Origin: Octopus sinensis
Taxonomy: Eukaryota
Assembly (NCBI RefSeq): GCF_006345805.1
Contig: NC_042997.1
Location: forward strand, 133,982,001-134,046,000
DNA: 64,000 nt
Reading direction: 5' to 3'
Shown here: positions 1 through 10,399 of the stretch, in pieces
Position numbering within the stretch: the stretch's first letter is position 1
Layout of the letters: every line of letters begins with the position of its first letter
The notes under the pieces: generated by a model
Told to the model about the DNA's origin: nothing
What the model saw: the letters and a program-made list of their open reading frames with translations, nothing else
Database searches by the model: none
Made by a program: the position numbers and the translations under genes

Positions 1-410
1 TATATATATATGGACAATAATATATCAAAATAGACTAAAATTCAGGGTATTTGTTTGTTAATGTTTGTGAATAATCTTTCTCTATATTAATAAATAATTA
101 GTTTTGTTGTTCATATTGTTGTTGCTGTTAATGTTGTTTACCAATTTTTTTGTTTTAGTTTTGTTAGTGTATAATTGTTTTTTTTATTATCTTTTTAAAA
201 TTCATTTATTTGTTTTTTATGTTCAATACTTTCTTCATTCGTTTGCAGGTGTGCGAGTGTGTGCATGTGTGTTGTGTGTGTGAGAGTGTGTGTGTACATT
301 ACAATGATATGAAGTTATTTCTTTCTTAATAAAACAGATTAATGAGTTTCATACAACGTTTTCTGTTTGTTACTTTTTTTATTTCATGTATATTGTTGTT
401 GTTGTTATTT

Positions 411-1584
411 TCTTATATATATATATATAAAGCTGAAGTTGCCTGTGTGACAGCTTTGGTAGCCTTCAACTAACACTATCTCCTCCAAGACCCTGCGGTG
501 CAAGTTAACCAAAATTGAGAGTATGATAGAAGAAGGCTTTCTCTTCATTCCATAGAAGATAAAATTCAAATTGAACCATGTGAAGACCAAAAATTATTTA
601 CATCAAAAAGGTGCTTTTTTTCTATGAAAATCCCGATTTTTTACGATTTTTTGACTGCTGTGTCGTCATTTTTCGGTGTATTTCAACCAGAAAAATGTTT
701 ACTTAAAGAGAATAACAGGCTACATAATGCAAAACTTTTACTTTTCAAAAATTCCAATTCTAAAGGGTTGAAACAAACATGAGCAACGCCGGGCGATACT
801 GCTAGTCTATATATATAAAGCTGAAGTTGTCTGTGTGTGGCAGGTTTGTTTACCTTCAACTAACACTATGTCCTCCGAGACCCTGCAGCACAAGTTGACC
901 AAAATTGAGAGTATGATAGAAGAAAGCTTGCTCTTCATTCCATAGAAGATAAAATTCAAATTGGACCATGTGAAGACCAAAAGTTATTTACATCAAAAAG
1001 GTGCTTTTTTCCTATGAAAATCCTGATTTTTTAACGATTTTTTGACTGTGTCGCCATTTTTCGGTGTATTTTAACCAGAAAAATGTTTACTTAAAGAGAA
1101 TAACAGGCTACATAATGCAAAACTTTTACTTTTCAAAAATTCCAATTCTAAAGGGTTGAAACAAACATGAGCAACGCCGGGCGATACTGCTAGTCTATAT
1201 ATATAAAGCTGAAGTTGTCTGTGTGTGGCAGGTTTGTTTACCTTCAACTAACACTATGTCCTCCGAGACCCTGCAGCGCAAGTTGACCAAAATTGAGAGT
1301 ATGATAGAAGAAAGCTTGCTCTTCATTCCATAGAAGATAAAATTCAAATTGGACCATGTGAAGACCAAAAGTTATTTACATCAAAAAGGTGCTTTTTTCC
1401 TATGAAAATCCTGATTTTTTAACGATTTTTTGACTGCTGTGTCGCCATTTTTCGGTGTATTTTAACCAGAAAAATGTTCACTTAAAGAGAATAACAAGCT
1501 ACATAATGCAAAATTTTTACTTTTCAAAAATTCCAATTCTAAAGGGTTGAAACAAACCCGAGCAATGCCAAGCGATACTGCTAG
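411..1584 (+). mobile_element. Three head-to-tail copies of a ~390-bp non-autonomous Helitron (family H1)
   Basis: Units ~411-805, 806-1193, 1194-1584. Units 2 and 3 start TCTATATATATAAAGCTG (unit 1 start is blurred into (TA)n). Each ends with a GAGCAACGCCGGGCGATACTG-type segment then CTAG; junctions read CTAG|TC; last CTAG is followed by T. Confidence 0.88.
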
Positions 1585-1943
1585 TTACTGTTGAAATTCA
1601 TTTGAAGAAACCAGACGTCTCGAAACACTCAAGAAAAAGAAAATGAAGATGAAATTAATAATGGTGGTGATTGTTTCTCACATAGGTGTAAGTGACCAGG
1701 ATTTTGGGCATAGTAATCATGGTAGTAATAAAAATAATAATACTTTCCTTATTGGTAGCAAAAGAAAAAGAAAACATTTAGGATAATACAAAGACAGTAA
1801 GGAAATAATAACATGTGGTTGGTAAACAAGCTACTTACCACACAGCCACTCCTAAGCCTGTATAAATTTCTAAAACAGAACATCAACCAATCCCATTGCT
1901 TGACTGGTAGAGAGTTGAGAGTGCCTGACGACAATAGCATTAC

Positions 1944-2153
1944 TTTCTACTATAGGCACAAGGTCTGAAATTTTTGAGGGGCATGGTAAGTCAATTTCAT
2001 CAACCCCAGTGTTTCATTGGTACTTATTTTATCCCGAAAGGATGAAAGGCGAAAATGAACCTTGGCAGAATTTGAGCTCAGAACATAAAGATGGATGAAA
2101 TGCCGCTAAGGATTTTGCTCAGCATGCTAACAATTCTGCCTGCTCACCGCCTT
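1944..2153 (-). mobile_element. tRNA-derived SINE family B' (short-tail variant), decayed
   Basis: Reverse complement of the AGGCGGTGAGC...GAGTTCAAATT...TTTCATCCTTTCGGG...AAATTTCAGGCCTTGTGCC element seen repeatedly in the window. Confidence 0.8.
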
Positions 2154-2196
2154 AATAATAATAATCATAATAATAATAATAATAGTAACAATAATT

Positions 2197-2284
2197 CAGC
2201 AAACCATAGCGCATACCCAAGGCACACAGAGCTGCACTCAGTAGTGAAGTGAAAGCACGCTATAAAAATATAACTACTGAATGA
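2197..2284 (+). mobile_element. 3' end of R4/Dong-like LINE family 2
   Basis: Matches the 3' UTR at ~3376-3464 (CATACCCAAGGC.CACAGAGCTGCACTCAGTAGTGAAGTGAAAGCAC); followed by (TAA)n. Confidence 0.8.
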
Positions 2285-2323
2285 TGATAATAATAATAAT
2301 AATAATAATAGTAATAATAATTT

Positions 2324-2830
2324 AGCAAACATGATTTGCATCATGTACGTTGTTTTGTCTTGGTATAAAAGATGGGCTACGGCAAATATTCTGCTCAGTA
2401 CCACAGATTTGCTTGTCAGTTGTTTGACATTAACTGGTTGAGCATGTCTCTTGGTGGCTGACAATATGCGTATCTCTGATCATGAGCAGAAGTAGTGGGG
2501 GAGCATCATAGCCATGTGTTGAGAGGGATTCTTTGGTTTTAGATAATTCACCTTTGAAAACATGAGTGTTTCATTCAACAACCTTAGACAACCCTTATTC
2601 AGAGACCTTTTGAGCAGGATGGGGTACTCAACCAGAAGAAAATTGTAACTGGGCCCCACCTGCAAGGTCATGTGCTGTTTATCTTGATATGAGATCACCA
2701 TGTTGTGCACATATGGTTGTGATGCATGTGCCCAGTGTACCCTTATCAGACGGGTAGTCATGATGGGTATACTGGGCTTCATATATTTTACCCCAGTGTC
2801 ACTTTGATGGCATGCACTGCTCTCTCACTC
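2324..2830 (+). mobile_element. Element X, 5'-truncated copy
   Basis: Homologous to 5422-5975; ends GCACTGCTCTCTCACTC then (AAT)n. Confidence 0.85.
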
Positions 2831-2845
2831 AATAATAATAATAAT

Positions 2846-3464
2846 ATCATATCTCTGGCTGCCCAGTTCTGGCTAAGAAGGAATATATTCATAGACATGA
2901 CAGAGTTGGGACCTACATTGGAAGCTATGCCAACACTATGGAATAACAACAGAAAAAAAATGGTATAGGCACACACCAGAAAAGGTCACAGAAAACGAGA
3001 AAGCTCTGGGATATGCCGATACACACAGATAGAGAAAGGCCAACAGACCAGATATAGTTGTCAGAGATCATGAAGAAAAAAATGCTTTCTAATTGATGTA
3101 TCAATACCGGCAGATGACAATGTATCTCTAAAAGAAATGGAGAAACTTTCAAAATGCAAAGACCTGGAAATAGTGGTAACCAGAATGTGGAATCTAAAAA
3201 CAGAATCAATTCCTATCATAGTAGGTGCATTAGGCGACATAAAAAAATATTCAGACAAATACATAACAAAAACACCAGGACTTACAAACACATATAACAT
3301 ACAGAAAATTGCACTACTAGGCACTGCACACATCCTACGCAAAACACTTTCAATACAGTAACCATAAGAGCATCACAGCAAACATCATCACATACCCAAG
3401 GCGCACAGAGCTGCACTCAGTAGTGAAGTGAAAGCACACTATAAAAATGATAACTACTGAATGA
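2846..3464 (+). pseudogene. 5'-truncated R4/Dong-like LINE (family 2): zinc-knuckle end, RLE domain and 3' UTR
   Basis: Frameshifted translation ISGCPVLAKKEYIHRHDRVG...RPDIVVRD...LIDVSIPADDN...KDLEIVVTRMWNLK..IPIIVGALG...QKIALLGTAHILRKTLSIQ*, colinear with the C-terminus encoded at 57658-58413. Confidence 0.9.
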
Positions 3465-3490
3465 TGATAATAATAATAATAATAATAATA

Positions 3491-3999
3491 CAGCAAACAT
3501 GATTTGCATTATGTACATTGTTTTGTCTTGTTATAAAAGATGGGCTACAGCAAATATTCTGCTCAATACCACAGATTTGCTTGTCAGTTGTTTGACCATA
3601 ACCAGTTGAGCATGTCCCTTGGTGGCTGATGATATGTGCATCTCTGATCATGAGCAGAAGTAGTGGGGGAGCATCATAGCCATGTGTTGAGAAGAATTCT
3701 TTGGTTTTAGATAATTCACCTTTGAAAACATGAGTGTCTCATTCAACAACCTTAGACAACCCTTATTCAGGGACCTTTTGAGTAGGATGGGGTATTCAAC
3801 TAGAAGAAAATTGTAACTGGGCCCCAGCTACAAGGTCTTGTGCTGTTTATTTTGATATGAGATCATCATGTCATGCACATATGGTTGTGATGCACGTGCC
3901 TGGTGTACCCTTATCAGATGGGTAGTCCTGATGAGTATACTGAGCTTCATATATTTGTACCCCAGTGTCACTTTGATGGCATGCACTGCTCTCTCACTC
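3491..3999 (+). mobile_element. Element X, 5'-truncated copy (local duplicate of 2324-2830)
   Basis: Same AGCAAACATGATTTGCAT leader, same upstream family-2 tail and same 3' end as 2324-2830. Confidence 0.85.
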
Positions 4000-4029
4000 A
4001 ATAATGATAACAAAAAAAAAATACAATCT

Positions 4030-4531
4030 CTTAAAATTTGAAATTGCTAGAATTTGGAATATGAAAACTCTAAAGATTGTTATAATAGGTGCATTGGTAA
4101 CTGTAAGTAAAGATGTAGACAAATGGTTGGAGGAGATTGAAATAAAATGTCCTATTTTATTTTATTTTATTTAGTTTCAGCTCACAAGCTGTAGCCATGC
4201 TGGGGCACCGCCATTAGAATGGAATGCTTACAGCACCTAGGTTTCCCAAGCGGTCACCCATCTAAGTACTAACTAGGCTCAATGTTGCTTAACTTCGTTG
4301 ATCGGATGAGAATCGGTGCTTTCAACGTGATATGGCTGTTAGCTGTTGAGCTTTTACAGAAAGTTTGCCTCTTGCAAACAGGAAAGATTATCAGGAGGTT
4401 TTTAAGCACTTGAAAGACTATTGAAAGCTAGTGGATACCTACATAGGTAGCTAGGTAATAACCCACTACCTATGTAAATCCTACTAGGAATAAAACCAAA
4501 CCTGAATCAAATCAATGCACTACTCTCTCTC
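4030..4531 (+). pseudogene. 3' fragment of R4/Dong-like LINE family 3, interrupted by a 5S-headed SINE
   Basis: KFEIARIWNMK...IIGAL..VSKDVDKWLEEIEIKCP|VELLQKVCLLQTGKIIRRFLST*; ends ATGCACTACTCTCTCTC(AAT)n. Confidence 0.78.
4154..4343 (-). mobile_element. 5S rRNA-headed SINE (SINE3-like)
   Basis: Minus strand 4343-4225 is a decayed full-length 5S rRNA (GCTAACAGCCATATCACGTTGAAAGCACCG...GAAGTTAAGCAAC...TTAGTACTTAGATGGGTGACCGC...GTGCTGTAAGC), followed by GGCGGTGCCCCAGCATGG...CTGAAAC and (TAAAA)n. Confidence 0.88.
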
Positions 4532-4554
4532 AATAATAATAATAATAATAATGA

Positions 4555-4850
4555 TAGATTTAAAAAAGGTACTGTAACCTATTTGAAAATGGTACCAGGC
4601 TTTCCATCCTACAGGAAGTGCAAAAAATCATGTTAATTGGAACGACTCATGTACTTAGAAGAGCATAATTGCTGTGAAAACAACATCCATTCATGAATTT
4701 ATTTGTTTATTAATTTAAAAAAAAATACATATTTTACCTGTGAATTTGTGTGCATAATCTGGGAATGTATACAATGACCTTCTCTGCCATAGGTGTACGG
4801 AAAACACTCAGCGAGAAATGGAAGAAAATTTGAAGAAAGAAGGAAAAATA
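4555..4850 (+). pseudogene. 3' fragment of R4/Dong-like LINE family 1 (related to 57499-61423)
   Basis: KKGT..YLKMVPGFPS...LIGTTHVLRRA; 3' UTR ACACTCAGCGAGAAATGGAAGAAAATTTGAAGAAAG resembles the end of the long element; (TAA)n tail. Confidence 0.8.
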
Positions 4851-4875
4851 TATTAATAATAATAATAATAATAGT

Positions 4876-5080
4876 TGTTTCAAATGTTTCGCACAAGGCC
4901 AGCAATTTTGGTGGTGGGGTAAGTTGATTACATTAACACCAGTGTTCAACTTCTACTTATTTTATCAACCCCAAAAGTATGAAAGGCAAAAGAAAAATTT
5001 GAACTCAGAATGTAAAAACAGACCAAATGCTGCTAAGCATTCTGTCCGGCATGCTAATGGTTCAACCAACTCACTGCCTT
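4876..5080 (-). mobile_element. SINE family B', decayed
   Basis: Reverse-complement match to family B' copies; flanked by (TAA)n. Confidence 0.75.
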
Positions 5081-5086
5081 GATAAC

Positions 5087-5127
<41 letters not shown>

Positions 5128-5128
<1 letters not shown>

Positions 5129-5357
5129 TTATTTCTTTAATACCCACAAGGGGCTAAACACAGAGAGGACAAACAAGGACAGACAAACGGATTAAGTCGA
5201 TTATATCGACCCCAGTGCGTAACTGGTACTTATTTAATCGACCCCAAAAGGATGAAAGGCAAAGTTGACCTCGGCGGAATTTGAACTCAGAACGTAATGG
5301 CAGACGAAATACGGCTACGCATTTCGCCCGGCGTGCTAACGTTTCTACCAGCTCGCT
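5128..5357 (-). mobile_element. SINE family B (long tail), young copy
   Basis: tRNA-like head with GAGTTCAAATTCC B-box, central TCAACTTTGCCTTTCATCCTTTTGGGGTCGAT domain, tail GTTTAGCCCCTTGTGGG. Confidence 0.85.
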
Positions 5358-5371
5358 GAATAATAATAATA

Positions 5372-5421
<50 letters not shown>

Positions 5422-5975
5422 GCCCTGATGCAGTACCAGGCAGTGGCTCTCATGGCTTCTGATCTTAACTGATTGGAAGTGTTATCATGTACATTGTTTT
5501 GTCTTGGTATAAAAGATGGGCTACAGCAAATATTCTGCTCAAAACCACAGATTTGCTTGTCAGTTGTTTGACCTTAACCAGTTGAGCATGTCCCTTAGTG
5601 GCTGACGATATGTGCATCTCTGATCACGAGCAGAAGTAGTGGGGGAGCATCATAACCATGTGTTGAGAGGGATTCTTTGGGGTTTGAATAATTCACCTCT
5701 GGAGACATGGGTGGGTTTTTCAACATCCTTAAACAACCCTTATTCAGGGACCGTTTGAGCGGGATGGGCTACTCAACCTGAAGAAAATTCTAACTGGGCC
5801 CCACCTGCAAGGTCATGTGCAGTTTATCTTGATATGAGATCACCATGCCGCGCACATATGGTTGTGATGCATGTGCCTGGTGTACCTTTATCAGACGGGT
5901 AGTCATGATGGGTATATTGGGCTTCGTATATTTTACCCCAGTGTCACTTTGATGGCATGAACTGCTCTCTCACTC
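5422..5975 (+). mobile_element. Element X, full-length (554 bp) non-coding (TAA)n-flanked element
   Basis: Starts GCCCTGATGCAGTACC immediately after (AAT)n and ends CTCTCTCACTC(AAT)n; both ends coincide with the 56634-57185 copy. Confidence 0.9.
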
Positions 5976-6549
5976 AATAATAATAATAATAATAATGATA
6001 ATAATGATAATAATAATAATAATGATAATAATAATAGTCCATGTGAATGAAATAAGTTTAGGACATATGTTAGAATAAACTGTGTCCCTGGAGCATTATA
6101 GTGCGATTTCTTTAATCTAATCTGTTGAAAGCATAAAGAAGATAGACAAACAAACAGGCAGGTGAAAAGAAAAAGGAGAGCAAAAGAGAAATAATAATTA
6201 ACAAATAAAAATAAAACAGTTCAAATATCACAAGATATTCAGAAGGAAATATAAAAATGCAAACAAAAATATATACATAATTTAAACAAGTTTGTTATTT
6301 TTATGAGTTTTTTTCTTTTTTAAGCGAAATAAATAAACACAGAAGTAATGCTATTATATTCCTACTTTTCTGCCGAGAATTTATGTTATTGTGCTTTAAA
6401 AAGAGTTCTTTGATTAAAATTAAATTTTGTCATTTATAATTGACATTTGTGGGTGGACAAATTGTTAATTTAAAGTATTTAAAGTGTGTGGGCTTTGTTG
6501 TCTGTAAATTACTGCAATAAAACTGCATGTACTTACATACATACGTACA

Positions 6550-6583
<34 letters not shown>

Positions 6584-6620
6584 CATACATACATATATAT
6601 ATACATACATATATACATAT

Positions 6621-6679
<59 letters not shown>

Positions 6680-6713
6680 CATACATACATACATACACAC
6701 ACACATACATACA

Positions 6714-6744
<31 letters not shown>

Positions 6745-6929
6745 GTATGTACATACATACATTCACGGAAAAGATTGTCAGTAAGTGAAATTTTATCTAA
6801 TGAGGCTTTTCAAATAGCTTAAAGTGCTTCATTAAATGAAACTTCAAAGTCCCTGTCAATCAATTATATAAAATAAATATTTCTCTTTAACCCTTTTTCA
6901 CTCAGATTACTTTGTCAAATATTCTTCTT

Positions 6930-7225
6930 TTTCTCATGTCCACTGGTGCCTTTGAGCTGCACATTGAGCAGTCAGTGATCCCTAATTATCTCCCTCTCTG
7001 GCCAACCAGTATGCTTCTTCTCAGGTGATGTTCCGTCTGTGTAGGCCTTCTATGAAGGTACTACACAGTGTCTTCCTGGCCAACCTCTTTTTCTCTTACC
7101 TTCCTGCAGCTGTTTTGGCAAGCCTCTCCTTTGGCAATCTTAGTATGTGTACAGCCATTCTCATTTGTCATTCAGGAGCTTTACTCTTCCTGTCTGGAGA
7201 ATGGCTTCATTTGTCACTCTGTTAA
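6930..7225 (-). pseudogene. Decayed RTE-type LINE C-terminal fragment
   Basis: Minus-strand RVTNEAIL...LPKQLQEGKRKRGWPGR with stops and frameshifts; resembles the RTE C-terminal GKRKRGRP motif. Confidence 0.55.
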
Positions 7226-7297
7226 ATATAATATTTATTTATTCAAATCATTTTGAATTAATCCTACATTATCTCCTAGTTTTGAGATGTTACCTTA

Positions 7298-7620
7298 CTG
7301 GCACTTGTGCCGGTGGCACGTGAAAAAATATTCAAGCGAGGTCATTACCAGTACTGCTGGACTGGCTCCTGTGCAGGTGGCACATAAAAAACACCATTTG
7401 AGCGTGGCCGTTGCCACTACTGCCTGACTGGCCCTTGTGCCGGCGGCATGTAAAAGCACTCACTACACTCTTGGAGTGGTTGGTGTTAGGAAGGGCATCC
7501 AGCTGTAGAAACTCTGCCAGATCAGATTGGAGCCTGGTGCAGCCATCTGGTTTGCCAGTCCTCAGTCAAATTGTCCAACCCATGCCAGCATGGAAAGCGG
7601 ACGTTGAACGATGATGATGA
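7298..7620 (+). mobile_element. Family C repeat (3' UTR of an RTE LINE, or derived SINE-like element) with (GAT)n tail
   Basis: GGTTGG.GTTAGGAAGGGCATCCAGCTGTAGAAAC core, upstream tandem ~60-bp units, ends GGACGTTGAACGATGATGAT. Confidence 0.85.
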
Positions 7621-8798
7621 TTGTAGGGTTGGTGTGATGAAGTGAAAGGCCAATTCTAGTCAGTTTAGACATAAAACAGGTAGTATATTTGGGCTGGACA
7701 TGGTCATTTTAAATGCTAATAGTTGATTCAGAGATGTGAAGTCCTAACTTCAGTTAATGCTTTACTTTTTATTTAAAACCACTTATAATATCTCCATATA
7801 TAAAAAGCCAGATCACATGTTACCTTTTTGTTTCTTAGTTCTATTATACTTTGTGAATGTCACTCTGAGGATGAAGCATTATACTGTGCAGGAATGAATG
7901 AGAAAAAATTAAAACAGGGTTGAAGGAAGGGACAAATGTTAATATCATTATATAATCTGTAGCAGACATTCAAAACATTAAAAACAAATAGTTTTCAATC
8001 TAGTTTCTTGTCTGGAAGTCTTTTAGAAAGACTGAGTATTTCTCATAGATGACTTCATTAACCATTTAGCATTTAAACTGACCATATCCAGCCCAAATAT
8101 TCTACCTGTTTTATGTCCAAAGCAGCTTGATCCAGCCTCTCATACTTACTCTACTATCTATATACAAATAAAAGTGAGGTTCAATCTTGCTTGCTTGCAA
8201 TGTTACACAGCCAAACTGGTGCGTAATGGGAAAATACTATGAATTAAGTCGCCCCTGAAATGTTAATATGAACTGAATAAACAAGTTTTGTGTAAATCAG
8301 AGTAGTAGTTATTGAGATATTCAGGGTTTGGAGGTATAAATACCCAAAACAGTGCATAATGGAAAAATGTTCCGAATATATCTTCATCCTGAAAGGGAAG
8401 AATCTTTAACCTTTCCATTAGACAGTGATTTGCCAACAAAATAACATGATTTGTTTTTTTCACAGGAAATGTTCCTATTTTTGCTTTTGTTAAACACAAT
8501 ATTTTAATCATTTAGAAATATTTTTAAGTGAATGTGATTTCAAAAATGTAAGTTGTTTGTACAGTAAGTATTTATATTTCAACTTTCTTTAAGCAGACAA
8601 TATTTTTATCTTTTTTTAAAAATTATTTTCAAGTGAATACCATTGCAAAAAATTTTTTGGCATATTTAAAAAATATTTTAAACAGAAAATGACTTAAAAA
8701 ATATAGTAGATATTTCATAAAAGACACATTCATAACCTTGGTGTGAAATAATTTTTTTCCATAGGTTTTTTCGAGTGCATTCAAGGTTAATCACCTCC

Positions 8799-8917
8799 AA
8801 AGATTTGGCTGCTATTTCTAGTACACCGTGCTACCATGTAATAACCATTAGCAATAAAGGACTTGAAATACCTATTATGTGGTAGCAGGGCATGCAATAA
8901 ATAGCAGCCAAATCTTT
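8799..8917. repeat. Foldback hairpin / mini-MITE, partially repeated at ~10880-11000
   Basis: AAAGATTTGGCTGCTATTT (8799) and AAATAGCAGCCAAATCTTT (ends 8917) are perfect 19-bp inverted arms with further imperfect pairing inside. Confidence 0.75.
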
Positions 8918-9152
8918 CCTTTTCTGGGGGAAAGGAGACATTTATGTGTGATTTCAATGTCACATTCATTAAAAGCATGTGAAATAACCAGAAAAAGAAA
9001 AAAAAATCCATGTAACAAAATTTGGTTGGTGGGAAACTCAAACTTTCCCGGTGACCCAACAAGTTACGAATAGTCTAGTGTTATTCTAAAAATAAACTAT
9101 CAAATCATTGAAATTTCAAAGCTATGAGTTATCATCATTATCATTATCCTTT

Positions 9153-9660
9153 GTCAGTACCGCCTGACTGGCCCTCTTGCTGGTGGCACGTAAAAGCACC
9201 CACTACACTCTCAGAGTGGTTGGCGTTAGGAAGGGCATCCAGCTGTAGAAACTCTGCCAAATCAAGATTGGAGCCTGGTGCAGCCATCTGGTTTGTCAGT
9301 CCTCAGTTAAATCGTCCAAGCCATGCTAGCATGGAAAGCAGACGTTAAATGATGATGATGATGATGATGATGATTTAATATCTGATTTCCATGCTGGCAT
9401 GAGTTGGACAATTTGGCCAGAGGTGGCAAGCAGGAGAGCTGCATCTGGTTTCAGTCTGATTTGGTTTGGTTTCTATGGCTGGATGCTCTTCCTAATGCCA
9501 ACAAATTTGCCGAGTTGTGCTGTATGGTTTTTTAATGGCACCAGCACAGATGCTTCTATGTGGCACCGGCATGGGTGCTATTACATAGCACCAGCAAAGG
9601 AGCTTTTTACAGGGTGCCAGCATAGGTGCTTTTACGCTGCACCAGTCCAGGGTTCTTGCA
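9153..9660. mobile_element. Two family C repeats tail-to-tail (plus ~9153-9375, minus ~9376-9660)
   Basis: Plus copy ends AAATGATGATGAT; the next segment is the reverse complement of a diverged family C copy. Confidence 0.72.
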
Positions 9661-9798
9661 GACCAAGCCTCTTCAGCAGAGGTAGCAGCATTAACAATTC
9701 TGCTGTGGGTCTTCTTGAGTACAGCGAAGCACTAAAGTACAATAATGTATGATTAATTCAAAACAATGTAAATATGAGGTGATATCAAAAAGTTCACA

Positions 9799-9956
9799 GG
9801 CGTAGGAGTGGCCGTGTGGTAAGTAGATTGCTTACTAACCACATGGTCTGGGGTTCAGTCCCACTGTGTGGCACCTTGGGCAAGTGTCTTCTACTATAGC
9901 CTCGGGCCGACTAAAGCCTTGTGAGTGGATTTGGTAGATAGAAGAAGCCTGTTGTG

Positions 9957-10003
<47 letters not shown>

Positions 10004-10127
10004 GTAAAAAAATACAAACTGGGACAAGAACGCAAAACATTTAGAAGATGATACAAAAAACACGGATGGGACATTCGAAGCCTTCAATCTTCAGTCAAGA
10101 ACTGGATCATCCTCGCAATTTCGGCTG

Positions 10128-10166
<39 letters not shown>

Positions 10167-10377
10167 GTATCTGTGTTTGTCCCCCCAACATCGCTTGACA
10201 ACTGATACTGGTGTGTTTATGTCTCCATAACTTAGCAGTTCGGCAAAAGAGACTGATAGAATAAGTACTAGGCTTACAAAGAATAAGTCCTGGGATCAAT
10301 TTGCGTGACTAAAGGCAGTACTCCAGCATGGCCACAGCCAAACTACTGAAACAAATAAAAGAATAAAGGAATAAAAG
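9799..10377 (+). mobile_element. tRNA-derived SINE family A with internal (TA)n/(TG)n microsatellite
   Basis: GGCGTAGGAGTGGCCGTGTGGTAAG head, GGTTCAGTCC B-box, CCTTGGGCAAGTGTCTT CORE-like segment, GTGCTCCAGCATGGCC-type tail; a ~120-bp Penelope-like piece sits in the microsatellite (~10005-10128). Confidence 0.85.
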
Positions 10378-10399
10378 ACTAGTTCCACAACATGCCAAC

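Noticed and set aside
4225-4343. Functional 5S rRNA gene
   Set aside because: Multiple CpG-type substitutions, altered C-box, no T-run terminator, fused to a SINE tail and inserted in a LINE fossil.
5422-5800. HDV-like ribozyme at the 5' end of element X (GCCCTGA...TCAGGGA pairing)
   Set aside because: No P3/L3 before, and no GG of P1.1 after, the putative P1 3' strand.
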